Shown here one piece after another: positions 1 to 13,503 of a stretch of 64,000 nt of DNA (its first letter is position 1; each line of letters begins with the position of its first letter). The notes beneath the pieces were generated by a model that did no database searches, was not told the origin of the DNA, and saw nothing but the letters and a program-made list of their open reading frames with translations. Where the stretch lies: NCBI GenBank assembly GCA_002633005.1, contig NMRA01000213.1:589529-653528 (forward strand), in the 5' to 3' direction. The stretch is from Phoronis australis. Taxonomy: Eukaryota > Animalia > Phoronida. Made by a program: the position numbers and the translations under genes.

Positions 1-1108
1 TCCATTTGAAACACAAACTGACTAAATTAGCCTATCTGCACAGTTTTTTTCATATTTTTAGAGAGATGTGACACAAGAAAACGTTACACTGGGCACTGAA
101 ACTGTGCAGACAACTGATGTTTCCTCATATCTTTACGATCCGGACAACGTAAATCGTTTGAACGTTTGCACAGTTTGCTCGTAAAATTATTTAAGTTCTG
201 TTCATATCAAACCATGTTTTTAGTTTCATATTTCATAAAAAGAAGATAAAATTACGAAACCAACGCTTGGGAACGCGGATGAAAACGTGTTTGTCTCTGG
301 TCCGGCAAATAAAACGAGCCGAGAACGTTTGAGCACAAAGAAAGGAAAGCCAAACTCGACGGTGACTTTTGGGACAGTCGATTTGGAAAACTAAATACGT
401 GAAAGGTTTGTATATTTCCATCCGGAATTTTTGGGATATATTGCTGCGCAATACTGTACCTGAGCATATTCATTTGCAGACGACATGACTCGACCGCAGT
501 TGTTAACAGGTGGAGCGCAAAACGCCAGTAGGCAATAGTGTCCGCTACAGGAAAAGTCCCCAGTAATCTAGGGGTATACAAACTACGTGTAACGAGTAGT
601 AAAGGTTCTACGTTTTAACGATGACGCAAAAACATTTGTTTATTTTGCCATTTGTATATCGGTTCAAATCACACCATAACTTTTGATAACTACAAAATAT
701 TACATATGGAACCTACATTGTAGAGCTCCAAAGCTGGAAATTGAACAATGCCAACATGGCTTTGTGCCGAATGCTACACAGCAGCGGTTGCGTGAATTTA
801 AATCTACCACATAACTGGTTTTTCAAGCTCCAGTAAATGACATTACGTGACAAGTGAATTTCTAAACACCGTATCAGTTACTAGCAAATATTAATCATTT
901 CCAAACCCACAATTCGCATCCATCTTCTCAAGAAATGATTTGAAATCAATTCCATATCAACGGCGCGTAGCCCAAATGAAAAACAAAATGGTTGTCCTGA
1001 TGCAAAGTGGGCCTCTATCGCTTTAAATTCCGATAGCCCATGGATCATTGACTAGAGTAGACACAAGCGATGCGATGAATATTTTCAGTAATCCAGGTGA
1101 GTAATCAT

Positions 1109-1767
1109 ATGTAGAAAAATAAATCAATTACTAGACTTACAGTTTATTGAGATGGCTACATTGTACGTTACGTCCTCCTCTCGAGGACTTCATCAGGTCA
1201 CTGAGGTGTCACGTGACTCGTCATGTGATCTACAGCACAGTTTGCGCGGTATACTCCTTAGTGCTCTAGCCTACGTCCTTGGCAACAGAAACCTCAGGCC
1301 CCCCTGTCTGTTTAGGCTAGGATTGTGAACTCTTTCGGAACCATGGTGTGAGGAAGAATACATGTACATTGGGGAAACCAAACAAGCCCTGAAAAGTAGT
1401 ATCAACCAACATCGTAGACTCAGTTATGAGGTCTGCTATGATTCTGCATATTGTAGTCATACAGCCGCCACAGACCACTTTTATCCCTGGATAATGTCAC
1501 GATTCTGGATGGAGAGGAAAATTGGTTCAGGAGAGGTGTCAAGGGAGCAATGAGTTGAGAATCTTAGCCTAAACAGACAGGGGGTCTGAGGTTTCTGTTG
1601 CCAAAGACGTGGGATAGGGCACTGAGGAGTATCCCGCGCAAACTGTGCTGTGGATCACATGACGAGTCAGGTGACAACTCAGTGGCCTGATGAAAACCAC
1701 GAGAGGGGGACGTAACGTAGCCATCTCAATAAACCGTAAGTCCAGTAATTGGTTTATTTTTCTACAT
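1109..1767. mobile_element. Penelope-like element fragment with inverted pseudo-LTR
   Basis: Imperfect inverted arms about 1109-1325 and 1560-1767 enclose a degenerate GIY-YIG fragment (C..EYMYIGETKQALKSSINQHRR); absent from the paralogous site near 54960. Confidence 0.8.
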
Positions 1768-2104
1768 CAGACACACACCTTTGAAGCAGGTAACCAGAAG
1801 ATAAAGAGATAAGAAGATAAGTGTGGACAAAACCCTCAGTCCCTGCAAGATGACAGCAGTGTAAAAAGACATTCGGGTTAATGTCCACGCTGAGGCCTCC
1901 AAACTGCAAAATTAGACTTGAATATAACTACAATGTGGTAATCACAGAGTGAATCGTGGAAACAGAATTAGATCTGAACCACGTGGTCAGTCTGTCATGT
2001 ACTGCAAAGCGAGGAATCCGACAATTATAAATCGGCGCTAGCTTCCCAAGCTAAAACCTTTGACCAAACGGCGGCAGTTAGGCTTGATAACACCTTGTCA
2101 TGCC

Positions 2105-2258
2105 CAGTGGCGGACTTAGAGGGGGCCAAGGGGGTCATGGCCCCCCTAGAATTCTCCCCAATTGAATTTGGTAATTCGGAGTGTAAATGTCTGACGGGCA
2201 AAGACCTGGCTAATACTCTGCCCCAGCCCCCCAACTCAAAATCCCGGATCCTCCCCTG
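2105..2258. mobile_element. Small MITE (CAGTGGCGGA...TCC.CCCCTG family)
   Basis: Imperfect TIRs; internal similarity to 7026-7156. Confidence 0.7.
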
Positions 2259-3170
2259 GTCAAGGTTTTGCAGCACTAGCTGGAGCATAGAACAGGCATT
2301 GCGCAGTACGTTTTGTCTGAGTAGACTTGAGTACGAACGTTCGAAGTCATTGAAGTGACTAACTCGAACCAGTTTCAGTCGGTCGTTGCACCGAAAGCTA
2401 CTTAACATTGGTTAGCGATAACCTGTGTCCGCCCACCCACGGAGCAAACCGTGAAATGTTCATTATAAAATTTGCAAACAGATGCGTTCCCGAATACGTA
2501 TCAATAAAACGAAAGACGAATATAGACGACACACACATATTAAAACAGCAATTTCTTATTTTTTTTTGTTTTCATTATTTTATTCATATCATGACTGCAG
2601 TGCAATAAACGTAATTTTTTCATAAGCTCATTCATTCACACATTCCGATGAGAAAACCAACCAGTTTCCTATCTTAAAAGTGCAATGCACTTCAGATCAG
2701 ACAAAAAAGCCATAAATGGGTAATACACCCTATGTCACGGATTTGGATCGTACTATGGCGTTGCAGTTTACTTTCTTATGTTATATTACTAAAATGTAGT
2801 TTAAACAATTCCTTCTCTGATAAGTAGCTTAAAAGTCCGGCAAATCAGTTTCCACTCAAAATCAGTGTCAAATACTATGAAATTTAATTTTTTGTGGTAT
2901 TGTAAAATTATAGAAGCTGCTGGACAGTGAAATAGTTTGTGTTTTGGATTAACTCACCCATGGTATCAGTAATAATAAATGGAAATTGGAAATATTTCCT
3001 GAAATTTCTGAGGATGACGGGGTCAAAGAAGCAAAAACACAGAAAACGCGTGAGCGAATCTCAGCTGAAGCCTAATTTTAGACTCTGAAACTTAGTTGTA
3101 AGTTTGACCTGTCGTAGTAGAATAGATAGTTTTATGATCCACATATGTCCACAAAACTACCACAATACAT

Positions 3171-4215
3171 CCACACATTGATTATTGTGATATTATATAT
3201 CAGTCTGCCAATACAGGTGCTTTCCAACATTTGGAGAAGTTACAATATCAAACCGCCTTACTCATAACCGGAGCTTACAGGGGATCTAATAGTGTTATGG
3301 TTTTGAATAGCCTCAAGTGGCCCAAACTGTCTACTCGACGCAATCTTCACATGACCACATTTACTTTCAAGGTAATAAACAATGTCAACAACGTGTCTGT
3401 CAAAAAAATATTTGATCTATACACTAAACAAGGCCATCGCAATGATTTCAGATCCTCCACCCCATATGCAATTCCTCCGTCGTTCGGCCAGGCATTCAGA
3501 AGGTCTACAGTCATGATGTGCATCAACAACTGGAAATTCTCTTCCAGTCTCTGTTAAGGGAAGCAACTCTTTTACGAGTATAAAAAATAATTTTAGAACT
3601 GTTTTTCAAAATTTCGATAACTCAACACCCTTGACTCAATTTTCCCTTACCCGCGATAACGAAATAGCATTGTACAGATCAAGATGTGGCCTTTTCCTCA
3701 ACTCTGACAAGTTCAGGCACAACTTTAGTAATGTCTCTCCAAACTGTAAATGTGGTGACCATCAATCTTATCCTCATATTTTCTTCAAATGTCCCCTCAT
3801 CGAATACCTGAGAGACTCACTCTTTCGTGCACTCAATGAAAACCAATCAATTGTTAACGCTCTCAATTCTTGTAATGATATCCCTACTAGAGTTACATTA
3901 TTATTGAATGGTGGACCTAACCTTGACCTCGTTCTCAATGATTTCCTTCTAAGCAACGTTAGTAATTTTTAGTACCGTTTATCAATATTGTTGCATCTGA
4001 TTTCAATACATGAATCTGTACATATCTTTGTTTTTATATATTTGTAATAGCATATTCAAGTATTGGAATACTTATATTAGACTACTTAATTGTATATACC
4101 TGTATGCATATTAGTTTCATTTATGAATGGTTTACAACCCAGATATATTGCTTCGCGGTTTCTGGGTTTGTTATTATTTCTTTGTTTGTTCTGTGTATTC
4201 TTCAATAAATATATA
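3171..4215 (+). mobile_element. 5'-truncated CR1-group non-LTR retrotransposon
   Basis: PHIDYCDIIY...LEKLQYQTALLITGAYRGS...LKWPKLSTRR (post-RT region), then a C-terminal CKCG...H.FFKCP Zn-knuckle, an AT-rich UTR and AATAAA near 4205. Confidence 0.8.
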
Positions 4216-5096
4216 TCACTTTAAAAACTACCGACGAACTTATGTTTACATGCAACAATTAGCCAATGTTTAGCAACCTCAGACAAAGGGAGCATTTGCA
4301 ACAGACACAACTGATCAGTGAAAATCCTCAGTCTTGATACTTTAAGTACTCAAGATTGTTTTTCAAAACATTGGTTCACTTCATAGAAAATAGAATGTAA
4401 TAAAATTAAAATAGTTGGTTTCCTGTGAATTATATTTTTCTTAAGAAGTTCTGCAATTACCACTGACGTCATCAAAGGAAAAATGGCTGCCGAGGAAGAT
4501 AAAGCAGACATTGTTCACTGGAGTCTTTATATTGATCTGGTTAGTGGGACTTCAATGGAATACCCAAACTAGCAAGCAGTTGAAACATTAGCTAAATCTA
4601 ATAAGTGGATAACAGATCTTCTGAAACATGTTAAATCAGGCCTTGTCCCGTTTACTGCAGGCAGAGAGTCAGCTGAATTTTGCCAGAGTGGGTCTGATTA
4701 CCTCCGTTTTCTCTCAGAATTGACTGTTTTGTGGAAAACATCGAGCTCAGTTTTAAATCAGATGGAGACCAAGAAAAACATGTACCTACCCTTAATAATA
4801 GAGTTTGATTTCGGGGTGTCAGAGGAAATTTCTCAAAGAATTGCTCGAGGAACAGAATGTACTGATTGAGCTAGGTCAGGTGACTTGTTATGCAGGTCAT
4901 ACATGTAAGTGTTCCAAAATTTTTAGAAATGTAGTTGGTACGTTTTGCTTTGTTAGGACAACAATTTGAAGGGTCACAACAATACTTTTGACTCCCCTGT
5001 TACCCTATGGTGTAGCCACCACGCGCGTTCAATACTGGTGAATAAAATAAAGCATCCTCTAGTCGTCTGTACAATTCTGTCAGCTACGAAACAGCA

Positions 5097-5312
5097 CTAG
5101 GGCAAAGTTCGCCGGGTACGACCCGATGATTACATGAAGCGTGTTGAACGGGAAGCAAATTCAGAACGATTACTAAATTAGTTATCATTATACATGTAGT
5201 TAGCAGTGGTACCAGTAGCTGCAACGGTTTTGTTGCTGTTGTCCACCTAAATCCTGTCCTTAACGGAGAGGCTGGACCTTTTCCGCTTTGGAACCTCCTG
5301 GCAACGGGCCTG
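5097..5312 (+). repeat. Diverged dispersed repeat shared with 8498-8735
   Basis: Colinear similarity, e.g. tagct(g/a)caac..ttttgttg(c/t)tgttgtcca and gaacctcc(c)tggc(a/t)acgggcc. Confidence 0.65.
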
Positions 5313-5384
5313 CATTTCTTCAAATTTAGGTTAATAAAGTTTAGGGCACACTGCTTACAGTCACGTTCTTAATGCTTATGAATG

Positions 5385-5890
5385 TTGATAAGTCCGTTGA
5401 ATTAAATGAAACCAACCTTGCAAAGAAGAAGAGAACGCTTGCGTACACTTGCATTTATCTGATAACAATTCTTTACCCTGCATTGTGAACAATACTTTCT
5501 GGGAATAGCATTTCAATGATTTTTTCATGACGATTCTTGGAAAGAACGCAAGCTGAAGCGCGACTATTGTAATGTCTGTTGAATTGAATGCAGTCAGCCT
5601 TGTGTAGTAGAAGAGAACGTCTGTTTACGTATTTATTTGTCTGATAACAATCATTTACCCTGGATTGAGAAGAACAACTATGAGGCATAGTTTTCAAGCA
5701 TTTTTATGACGATTCTTGGAAAGATTGTAATCTGAAACGCGACTAGTGTAATGTCGGTTGAATTAAATGTAACAAACGTTGCAGGTATTTATATGACAAC
5801 GATTCTTTACTCTGCATTGAGAACAACATTGTCGAGGCATAGTTTTCCAAACATTTTTTCATGACGATTCCTGGAAAGAACGTAACCTGA
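5385..5890. repeat. About 180-bp tandem repeat, ~3 degenerate copies
   Basis: gttgaatt(a/g)aatg recurs at about 5396, 5578 and 5757, and gacgattc(t/c)tggaaaga follows in each unit. Confidence 0.75.
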
Positions 5891-7025
5891 CACGTTTCGG
5901 CACTCAGTAACAGCAGCATGGAGTATGCATTTAAAAACTGCACTCGTCAGATATTTGTACTCAACACGAGATGTTTGTATGCAGTTATAGATAACTTTTG
6001 TTCGCCGTTATTATGGAGATAAGAAAGTGCGTGATTTAGTTTTTTTTTTTTGAAAACAGGCACATTTTCGTGTCTCTCATTAAAGTCGGGAAGGCAACGA
6101 ATTTCAGATCATGCAGCCACGGTTATTTGACCAGTTTATAAAACCTTTTCACGCCGGTGTTGCAGTCCACAACACAACACTTAATACTTCGTTAGCACTG
6201 GAAGAAAGAATAGAATAATGCAAGTGTCTCAGACAACAACAAATAACAAAATTGTAAAAATCCAGTGGCTCGAAAACGAGGCAGCAAATGTGCCTGACGC
6301 ATGTTTACGGCATTGTGGGTAAATACAGCTAGATTCGAGTGCCGCTGTGTAATCCGGGACGGCCCTATTGCCATGAACCGCAAGTATATAGTACTAACTG
6401 TATGTTTTTAATTCTATGTGTGCTTCGACCGCACAATTAGTAGCGGAAAGCAATCATAATGCACTTCAGCACGTGCATTATACTCAACTAAATAACCCCG
6501 GCATAAATCCTGAAGGTTACTGGAGTGATACACTGACTTATTCAGTTCTAACCGTGGCGTTATGTTAAACTAGGGAGACGATTTGTGTGCGTCAAAATAT
6601 TGCCCTTCGTTATCCGTAGGATTCACAAAGGACTGTAGGTGATACTCAATCATTAAACTAAGACCGTGAGTTATTTTTAGAGAGAACTCTTGTCGGTTAC
6701 TGACTGTAGCCCAGCTTAGAAAACTCTAAAAAGTTACTCAGCTACTTTGATATTTAAACACAAATCTTAGCCGAGTACAGAGATTTCATCGCTTACTTCT
6801 CTCCGAGCCAGTTCTAAATTTCGTCTTGTCTTTTACGCTGGCATTTCCTCCGCGATAATTCTACATTTAAAACATTCATTGACGCCTTGCTACGCGAAGA
6901 CATCTACATGTAATTTAAGCAACTCCTCGTGATGGTCATGTGACACAACTCGTTTCTCTGACCCTACTCCGGCAAGTGTGCAAAAAAGCCCAATAATTGG
7001 TCCAGTCACATAAAGTTTACGTAAG

Positions 7026-7156
7026 CAGTGGCGGACTTAAGGTTGGAGGGGGTAAGGCGACATTGCCCCCAAAAATTCTCCCAGATTCCATTTGGCAGCT
7101 TGGGGGTTCGAATGTCTGCCCTGCCCCTCCAACTCAAAATTCTGGATCCGCCCCTG
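7026..7156. mobile_element. Small MITE of the same family as 2105-2258
   Basis: cagtggcggac...ggatccgcccctg termini; shares the aattctccc and ccaactcaaaat internal motifs. Confidence 0.75.
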
Positions 7157-10100
7157 ATACCAACTTCTAAGTCTTTCGAAATTCTGTGCAATCTACGCAA
7201 GAAACGTGTATGATTGCATTCATTGTATTGTACTTGTAGTGCCAGTGACTGTTTACGGAGAATCTTTTCTCTGGTAACTTACCAGTGTTTCGACCAATCT
7301 CCATGTAAAATCCCTTCCGGGTGCAGCATTGATTTCTGGTCCTCAGCAATGGTGAACTTTCCCAATTAAAGACATAGTTTCACACCAAAACAACTGCTTT
7401 TCAACACAAATAACAGCACTGAGTGACTTTGTTGCACAGGGCAGTTCTTGTCCGCACAGCTTGGTTTATTCGAAATGCCCAGCAGTAATAAAGAAGTTTT
7501 AGTTATCTATGGGATATAGTATCTTTGGCAGTAATGACCTTACCCGACTTCAGCCGAGTCAATTCTGAGAACAGGAATATGTGGTTACATAACCGTTTGT
7601 GATGTCAGATCAGTTAGACAACTGTGTATTGCAATGGCTACAGGCACCCAACCCTCCAAAATTTACATGTAGCTTGCTTCATACGATAATTCCTTTCAAC
7701 TCAATTTGTTGGCATAACTGAATTGTTTTTTGCCAACGAGATGTAAAGACCATTGTATCACAGATAATAAAGCCTAATACAAAATATTACAGTTTTCATT
7801 TTTTCATTTTAAGCAGTGAGTAGGAAGGTTGTCACCTTTTTATTTAACCACATATGTAGTTGAAATTTGAGTGGAGGTGGCAATCTGAATGACAGAATTA
7901 CAAGAACACTTCAAATGGAGGTCTTCTTTTAAATTCATGTGTTTATTTATAGAAATAATAATAAAACCAAGGCATCCATGAAGATGCCAGTGAACATATT
8001 ATATCAGGCGTTCATTATGGCAAGATAATTCTACCATGCTAAGGTCACTGAGTCATAGAAATTAAAGAACAGATCAGAGGACGGTTATGATTTAATCCAC
8101 AGTCCAACGCGAATTGTGAGAATTTTCATCACTCAACAAGTAACATGTGCATGAACTGGATGAACAATATAGTTGCATATTTGACGATCACTTTCAATTC
8201 AAAATTTGAAAATGCCTACCCTTCTACCGTACTATTAGTGCAATTAATCCAAAAGAGCAGAATAACAAATCTCAATTTTCTGCTGTTTTGTTTCCTGGCA
8301 GAGTTTAAGGCATTCGCACGGCATTACTTTTTGGGATCTCTCTCGTTGTTATGTGCAAGTAGCTTACTTAGGTCGTAGGGCTAAACTTTTATGCTTAAGC
8401 ATAGACATTCACGTTCAGACTCCCTTGGGTTTATGAATAACACAAAGCCTACTCTTATCGTACATGTATGCAAGATCTCGTCATCTACAAACAGCGGCCC
8501 TCGGGAAAAGTTGGCCGAGTACGGCCTGATGCCACGTGAAGCGCTTTGAATCAGAAGTAAATTCAAAATTATTACTAACGTAGTTTTGATTGAATTTGGT
8601 AGCACTAGTAGCTACAACAATTTTGTTGTTGTTGTCCATTCCTATCCTATCTTTAACGAATATGCTGGGGTTGGACCTTTTCAGCGGGGGAGGGCTTCGA
8701 TCGAAGTCCCCGAACCTCCCTGGCTACGGGCCCGCCTAACAATAATAATAAAAGTAAAATTACTGATCAATGTAAAAAGGTGAAACATAAACTAGAATCT
8801 TTATTTAATTCAACTGCAAATCAGTTACTATTTCCAAAAACATTTTACATAGTGGTTGGATACCCCTGCCCCAAATGTTGACGCCTTGGGCCGTCGCCAC
8901 GATGACTGAGCACCATGTGCACAATCTATGAATAATTAATTTGAACGTATTTTATATTCACTATCAGGACAAAACGCGAACAGTTCCATTGCCCTAACAA
9001 CGATTGTCAATCTAACTACACTGAAAAATTATCAATACTCGTTATTTCCACGAACTGTGAATAATATGTTCGCAACATGAACAGAATGTTTTATCTACGT
9101 TACAGCTTTGATAGTTTCCATGCAATCTAACACTACCGTACGAATCCATTATCAGGTGCCGCAGAGGTGTTTTCAGCCTTTTTGGAGAACACCATGTCAA
9201 GCATAAAAATACGGACTGTTCCAACAGCCCATCTTCCTCGTACGTTGCACTGAGAACGCACCGTTTTTCCGCACTTCACGTAACATTGGGTTTGAGAATT
9301 TCAACTTTTGATAAAACATCGTTCCCATCTGGCGTAGTTTGGGCGCTTCAGGGCAAATAATACATATAGCAGGGTCATGAAAATGATGACATTATTGGTT
9401 TTTACCATCTCTGGAGTTCTCTGTGGGCTCGGTTTATCAGAAAGATTTAGCTTGCCCAAAACTGATCAGTTTTGCCAAATTTGTGAAATGAAGGTACATG
9501 TAGTTGGCGCGCATACATAACGTAGAGGACTTCAAAAGACGGTATTTCGATTATTCCTCGTTTTAGCAGTTGCATCAAATGACTCGTCTTAAAACAGGGG
9601 GACGCAGTTTAGACTGGAAAAATAGGACAACGAAAAATCAACCTTCTTGCAAACACAATGTGCCATCCGTCACGGAAGGGTTTTTAGGTTTTGTTTTTAA
9701 TAGTGAATCATGTAGAGTATTCCGCTGTTTTTGCATAGACTTGGGAGGACACTCCAACCTCAGGCGCGATGTTTCGTGGTTTTCATGCCCTGCCGTAAAC
9801 TTGCGGACAAAAATCTCTCACCTTGCGTGTTGACCTATGTCGTGTTACTTGGTGGGTTGATTAAGCTCAATTCGGGTATTTGTCTGGCGGGGCTAACCCA
9901 CCACTAGATTTGTCTGGCAGTGTTCATTCGTGATACCTTGGCTCACGGTGAATATTTTGTTTCATGTGGTTACCTCTTGGATTGATCGAGCTCAATTGTT
10001 TTAACTTTTTTATAACCGTCTGGCTGATACTCACCACCACTGAAATTGTCTGACAGTGACCAATTTTGATACAGTAGATTACGTAGTAGGTTTCGAAGGC

Positions 10101-10287
10101 AGTTTGCAGTGTTTACAAAAAAAGTTGATCTAGCTCAATTTTTGAGTGTCGTTCTCTTGGCTCCTCCTGACCACACCCATCAGAGAAAACCGGGCGGACG
10201 GCAATTTCCAAGCACGAGTATACCTATTGAGCACTTTGGCACCAAAAAAATTTTCTACTTTTTCATGCCCAAAAAAGCTCTGGGATT

Positions 10288-11124
10288 NNNNNNNNNNNNN
10301 NNNNNNNNNNNNNNNNNNNNNNNNNNNNNNNNNNNNNNNNNNNNNNNNNNNNNNNNNNNNNNNNNNNNNNNNNNNNNNNNNNNNNNNNNNNNNNNNNNNN
10401 NNNNNNNNNNNNNNNNNNNNNNNNNNNNNNNNNNNNNNNNNNNNNNNNNNNNNNNNNNNNNNNNNNNNNNNNNNNNNNNNNNNNNNNNNNNNNNNNNNNN
10501 NNNNNNNNNNNNNNNNNNNNNNNNNNNNNNNNNNNNNNNNNNNNNNNNNNNNNNNNNNNNNNNNNNNNNNNNNNNNNNNNNNNNNNNNNNNNNNNNNNNN
10601 NNNNNNNNNNNNNNNNNNNNNNNNNNNNNNNNNNNNNNNNNNNNNNNNNNNNNNNNNNNNNNNNNNNNNNNNNNNNNNNNNNNNNNNNNNNNNNNNNNNN
10701 NNNNNNNNNNNNNNNNNNNNNNNNNNNNNNNNNNNNNNNNNNNNNNNNNNNNNNNNNNNNNNNNNNNNNNNNNNNNNNNNNNNNNNNNNNNNNNNNNNNN
10801 NNNNNNNNNNNNNNNNNNNNNNNNNNNNNNNNNNNNNNNNNNNNNNNNNNNNNNNNNNNNNNNNNNNNNNNNNNNNNNNNNNNNNNNNNNNNNNNNNNNN
10901 NNNNNNNNNNNNNNNNNNNNNNNNNNNNNNNNNNNNNNNNNNNNNNNNNNNNNNNNNNNNNNNNNNNNNNNNNNNNNNNNNNNNNNNNNNNNNNNNNNNN
11001 NNNNNNNNNNNNNNNNNNNNNNNNNNNNNNNNNNNNNNNNNNNNNNNNNNNNNNNNNNNNNNNNNNNNNNNNNNNNNNNNNNNNNNNNNNNNNNNNNNNN
11101 NNNNNNNNNNNNNNNNNNNNNNNN
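10288..11124. other. Assembly gap (837 N)
   Basis: Run of N. Confidence 1.
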
Positions 11125-11394
11125 AGTCGCACTGACGGCGTTTTCTCGGCCTGGGTTCCTGAATGAATTGTACTTCCGGGTTCGCGGCAAGTTCAAAATG
11201 GCGGTGTTTCTTCGGGTGCGAATCGTGAGTGGCGCGTTCATTTAAACAGTTTTCGAGTACGGATCGTGTATTAGTTATGGGGTAGGTACTTCTTGGATCC
11301 TTATAACATCTTCTAACCATGTAATAAGGGTTAACAACGCGTGAGAGAATTACTTTAAGTTGTCTGGCAGATACGTTCAAGAAAACGCCACGGT

Positions 11395-12280
11395 TTCGCG
11401 TGGCGACTATAATGACTACTCCCCATAGAGTGGCAAAATTGGGAAAATATGAAAAGAATTTTAAAAGAAATGTCTTTGTTTTTTCACCCACTGTCTCCTT
11501 CTCGTTCTTTCAAAGCACTCTCGACAAATTTGGTTTAAAACTACTTCATCATCTATAGTTAATGGCCTAGTCAAAGACCTTTTTGACAGTGAAGGTCATC
11601 ATTACGGATGACATTTCACTTGCTTAGTACCTTCTTGCAAATAATCTATTCATTTACTTTATTTCAATTCTATCTTTGTTAACGCGTCAATCGTGTATAG
11701 TTGGTCTTCATTTGTCGGTATACAATCATGAAAATTTAAGCTGTTACCAGGAATGTAAAACTCCTTAGACGTTTGGTATTGTACTGTACAACCCAGCCCA
11801 TCTTTATTAAAGAAGGCACTAATGTACATGTATTATGTTAGGGCAATTTATGAATGCGTTTGCCTTTGTTGGGGTGTTCTTTTTTAAAGATGTAGATAAC
11901 AAAAAGTGCTATGATTTCGCGTGGTGACCACAACGGCAACGATGACGAAATTGGGAAAATATGATAAGAATTTTTTAAAGTATCATCTTTCATTTTTTCA
12001 GCCAGTGCCTCATTCTCATTGTTTCAAAGCATTCTCGACAAAGTTAGTTTGTAGCTAGTTTATCACCAATAGTTACATGTAATTGCCTTGACAAAAACAC
12101 TTTTTGTCCGTGAAGATCGTCATTACAGATGACGTTTCACTTGCTTAGTAGCTTCCTGCGAATAATCTATTCATTCACGTCATTTCAATTCTACCTTCCG
12201 ACCGAAGATTTGTTAACGCGTCAATCATTTATATTTCGCCTCCATTTGTGAGAGTATTGTACTATACAACCCAGTCCTCA
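11395..12280 (+). repeat. Degenerate tandem duplication, ~520-bp period
   Basis: 11395-11795 aligns to 11915-12275. Confidence 0.8.
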
Positions 12281-12735
12281 AGCTGAGTGCAGCGATGGCT
12301 TCGGTAGAACTTGGTGTACCCAACTTATTTTTTTGCAGATGGATAAATAGGCTTAGACTCGGATCAGGAGTTCAAAATTTCATCACCTAGTTTCACATGG
12401 TCAAAAATAGAATTATTTTCTTCTTAGTCTAGCTACAACACCTACATGTACATCAGCTGGTACAGCAGTCTCAATTGCCCGATTACGCACTCAGCTTGAG
12501 GAATCAGTGCTGAAATTGTGCGTGTGCAAGAGAAGTCAGAAAGGTTAGGTGTCTTGCTAGAGGACACTGAGAGTCGACGTGGGTGGTGTCGCCCGATTCG
12601 ATAAGAGTGCAGCACGTGTTGTGAAGGCAGTCTGCGCGCGCGAGGCATGGACATCTATATGCCGCCAGAGTAGAGATTGAAATGACCCAGTGTTCAACGT
12701 AACAAAAATGTTCACGAAAACAACAACGGATTTAA

Positions 12736-12783
12736 AACTTGACATGTTTCGGTGTCATTTATTAAACACCATCCTCAGAAGTC
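12736..12783 (-). ncRNA. Mirror copy of the hammerhead ribozyme
   Basis: Reverse complement of 13456-13503 in the left palindrome arm. Confidence 0.78.
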
Positions 12784-13455
12784 ATAATACAGTGGCCACC
12801 TAGCTAGGCCCAGCAACAAGTAATGAAGCACAGATACAGTCAGTTACAGGGAGTGACAGTGAACTATACCAACAATGACAACCTGTGGTGTGTCAGTTGC
12901 CTATTGAGATTGGGCTTGCACCAACTGATATGTAAAGCCTCACGAATTTTAAGCTCCTTTGTTGTTACTGCCTGGTCTATTATTGCAAAGTCATTGAAAG
13001 AGCACTGCTGATAACAATGTTTGGAGCTCTGCAGGTGAATATTTACATGTGAATTACTGTCAGAATTTAGATGTTCCTTGGTCCTGGTTTTCAAATGGCG
13101 AACAGTTTCGCCTATATAACTGGAGCCACATCCAGCACAGCCATTTGAAAACCAGGACCAAGGAACATCTAAATTCTGACAGTAATTCACATGTAAATAT
13201 TCACCTGCAGAGCTCCAATCATTGTTATCAGCAGTGCTCTTTCAATGACTTTGCAATAATAGACCAGGCAGTAACAACAAAGGAGCTTAAAATTCGTGAG
13301 GCTTTACATATCAGTTGGTGCAAGCCCAATCTCAATAGGCAACTGACACACCACAGGTTGTCATTGTTGGTATAGTTCACTGTCACTCCCTGTAACTGAC
13401 TGTATCTGTGCTTCATTACTTGTTGCTGGGCCTAGCTAGGTGGCCACTGTATTAT

Positions 13456-13503
13456 GACTTCTGAGGATGGTGTTTAATTAATGACACCGAAACATGTCAA
13501 GTT
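13456..13503 (+). ncRNA. Minimal type I hammerhead ribozyme (PLE-associated)
   Basis: gactt CTGAGGA t ggtgt..acacc GAAA catGTC aagtt: stem I ACTT/AAGT, CUGANGA core, stem II, GAAA, palindromic ACAUGU stem III, GUC cleavage triplet (after 13498). Confidence 0.8.

Noticed and set aside
2026-2031. TATA-like motif conserved with about 55218-55225 as the gene promoter
   Set aside because: No linked first exon or donor could be identified, and conservation is no higher than in the surrounding duplicated DNA.
10109-11491. Long ORFs (289-453 aa) in the ORF track
   Set aside because: They run through the N gap and are mostly X.
12823-13416. Pairs of mirror-image ORFs as duplicated small genes
   Set aside because: They follow from the Penelope palindrome; only a truncated GIY-YIG C-terminus is meaningful.
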